This document shows, one piece after another, positions 27,653 to 29,584 of a stretch of DNA of 29,584 bases (position 1 is the stretch's first letter; the number at the start of each line of letters is the position of its first letter). The position numbers were made by a program, and so were the translations under genes. Source of the stretch: a virus (lineage: Duplodnaviria; Caudoviricetes); IMG/VR virus record IMGVR_UViG_3300035530_000048, positions 1 to 29,584 of that record. One strand, written 5' to 3'. The notes under the pieces were generated by a model. The model had not been told where the DNA came from. It made no database searches and was given only the letters and a program-made list of their open reading frames with translations.

Positions 27653-28510
27653 ATGATATACTCAGAATATAATACTGAATTAGTAGAAATATATCGCCAA
27701 TTGGAAGTCATCAACGAACAGTTAGATGTAGTAGGAAATGAAGGTCTTAAAAATATCATTACTCGAATAGGAAATACCTTTGGTAGTATATTCAATACCT
27801 TTGTAACTATTACAACTAAACTCCATAAAACTACTAAACGAGGTGAACTCAAGTGGTATAAAGAATCTAACTTGTTTACAGTCAAACAGATATACAAATT
27901 GTCATATACGGAACTAGTGCATGTAAATTTACCTATACCTAGAGGTATGAAATCTGACTATTTAGAATATACAAATACATTAGAATCTTCTTTAGAATAT
28001 ATCAATATGGAATCTACAGTCAGACTCTTAGAGATGACTATAAAAGATATCCACGATACCATCTTGGAAGGTAATAGTGATATTAGTCAGATTATTAAAA
28101 ATGCTAATAATTTGATAGATAATAAAGTTACAGCTAAGATACAGAAAGATATGTCTAAAGTAGATAATCCAAAGTATAAAGAAAAAGAAAAGACTTATGG
28201 AGATCTCTTTAAGTCTACTAATGAATTTAATGATCTATTAGCTAGATTAATTGATATGGAGAAATATTACGATCAAACTAATCGTATTATTAAAAAATTG
28301 GATACTATAGAAAAGTATATGCAAAACATTATAGATTCCAAAGATATTGAAAAGGTAACAAAGTCAGATCTGCAGACCTTAAGTAATTTAGCATATACCT
28401 ATGCTAAGTCTTTTGATATTTATGGAATGTTAGTATATAACTTACAACGGGTAGAACATAACTTTGTAGAATGTATGAAAACTATAGCTTTACAAAAACA
28501 TATAGGGTAA
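27653..28510 (+). CDS. Putative head/virion protein with an acidic propeptide
   Basis: Helical 285-aa protein; acidic N-terminus ending VVGNE-G resembles the S/A/G-X-E prohead-protease sites of phiKZ-like head proteins. Confidence 0.5.
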   Translation: MIYSEYNTELVEIYRQLEVINEQLDVVGNEGLKNIITRIGNTFGSIFNTFVTITTKLHKTTKRGELKWYKESNLFTVKQIYKLSYTELVHVNLPIPRGMKSDYLEYTNTLESSLEYINMESTVRLLEMTIKDIHDTILEGNSDISQIIKNANNLIDNKVTAKIQKDMSKVDNPKYKEKEKTYGDLFKSTNEFNDLLARLIDMEKYYDQTNRIIKKLDTIEKYMQNIIDSKDIEKVTKSDLQTLSNLAYTYAKSFDIYGMLVYNLQRVEHNFVECMKTIALQKHIG

Positions 28511-28512
28511 AG

Positions 28513-28557
28513 ATGTATAGAGTACTCCCTCTCTTGTAGAGGGAGTACTCTATACAT
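28513..28557. terminator. Bidirectional terminator hairpin
   Basis: 20-bp perfect stem ATGTATAGAGTACTCCCTCT / AGAGGGAGTACTCTATACAT between convergent genes. Confidence 0.82.
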
Positions 28558-28561
28558 TATT

Positions 28562-28855
28562 TCATCTTTTACTATATAACTTATTAGCTTTGTCTAATAC
28601 TTCATCTAATTTCTGTTTCTCTTCTTCTGTTCCTTTTGTAATTATCCGTAACCTTTCATTTATGCTATAATACTTAGATACATATTCTTCTATCAACGTA
28701 TCTTTATCTTTAGGTGGTACTGACCAACTTCCATCGGGTCGAGCTATACCATTATGGATATTGGGACCTATCATTTCAATATAATGAGGTTGTGGAAATC
28801 GTTGTGCACATACACTTACAGTTTTTCCTATAACACCATAATACTTCATAGACAT
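28562..28855 (-). CDS. Small tail-fibre-associated protein (chaperone-like)
   Basis: YIEMIGP...IARPDGSWSVPP followed by a helical tail; lies after a collar-domain gene. Confidence 0.5.
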   Translation of the reverse strand: MSMKYYGVIGKTVSVCAQRFPQPHYIEMIGPNIHNGIARPDGSWSVPPKDKDTLIEEYVSKYYSINERLRIITKGTEEEKQKLDEVLDKANKLYSKR

Positions 28856-28882
28856 ACATAATCCTCACTTAATATATATTTT

Positions 28883-29584
28883 TTATATAGAATAATCAAA
28901 TGCTTTCATAATTTTTCGTGGAGTAGTTGGAATATTAGGTACTCGAAAATACCAACTACCATCAGTATATCCAAATTTATAACAAAGAACATTTGTATCT
29001 AGAGTTTGTTGATATTCATCCAGACTGATGATTAGATTATTAGTTCTAGCATAGTTAAGGAGTGATGTATATGCATTAGCATCTAATGATTGACCTTCCA
29101 ATCTGACATATCCATAAGGTACTATATCGGATACTGATTCAATAATTGCTCCTATAGGATTAGCATCAACACTATTCAGATCTTGATATACTCCAGCATC
29201 TACCATCTCGTAGATATCTAATTCATAGCTCACAGGACTATGGTCTCTAGATACTACTACTAGATCACATAGGGTATATTGAGCATCTAATAGACTAGTC
29301 ATCATATCCCTAGTAGGTACTCCAGTTATATTAAGTTTAGTAGGGATATTATCTCCTACTTTATATACTAATATATCTCCACTAATAAATAAGGAATCTG
29401 TATCTAATTCTAACTTTCCAATACCATTAATGTAATCGGGATTTGGTGTCAAAACTATACAATCATCTTCAAAGGTATCTGATATAGCATAAATAGTATC
29501 ATTTGTAGTATAATCTATTATAGATACATAGTCTGTAATAAAAGAGATATCAGTAAGATCAAGATACGCTAATTCACTATCTCC
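28883..29584 (-). CDS. Tail-collar-domain protein, 5'-partial (frame open to the window end)
   Basis: PIGAIIE...PYGYVRLEGQSL...FGYTDGSWYFRVPNI; no stop in frame from 29452 to 29584. Confidence 0.75.
   Translation of the reverse strand, partial: GDSELAYLDLTDISFITDYVSIIDYTTNDTIYAISDTFEDDCIVLTPNPDYINGIGKLELDTDSLFISGDILVYKVGDNIPTKLNITGVPTRDMMTSLLDAQYTLCDLVVVSRDHSPVSYELDIYEMVDAGVYQDLNSVDANPIGAIIESVSDIVPYGYVRLEGQSLDANAYTSLLNYARTNNLIISLDEYQQTLDTNVLCYKFGYTDGSWYFRVPNIPTTPRKIMKAFDYSI

Noticed and set aside
233-27897. Other short ORFs overlapping long genes (e.g. 233-433, 3979-4233, 6607-6897, 10467-10781, 12488-12772, 24903-25241, 27496-27897)
   Set aside because: Antisense or out-of-frame, with no RBS or recognisable motifs
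1-29584. CRISPR arrays, tRNA or rRNA genes
   Set aside because: No spaced direct repeats or cloverleaf/T-loop signatures noticed by eye; a tRNAscan run would be needed to exclude tRNAs fully

Overview
AT-rich segment of a phiKZ-like, nucleus-forming jumbo phage (Chimalliviridae-type). From left to right on the map: (i) a non-virion RNA polymerase beta'-like gene whose catalytic NADFDGD motif is cut after NAD by a group I intron carrying a tandem-HNH homing endonuclease; the intron runs off the window start. (ii) A C-type-lectin-like orphan gene and a likely chimallin (nuclear shell) gene. (iii) A block of conserved virion genes. (iv) A complete diversity-generating retroelement (DGR): tail-fibre target with a C-terminal VR, a post-VR hairpin, avd, TR and reverse transcriptase. 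(v) Tail-collar fibre and tail-fibre assembly genes. (vi) RecA/UvsX-like recombinase and dCMP deaminase. (vii) Further tail and head genes. The main oddities are a DGR in a nucleus-forming phage, a TR that looks mutagenised itself (6 of 12 TR/VR mismatches are at non-A template bases, yet all 12 fall at positions 1-2 of NNY codons), and signs that the DGR module was inserted into an older tail-fibre gene whose C-terminus survives downstream of the RT. All family assignments come from motif recognition by eye; no searches were run.
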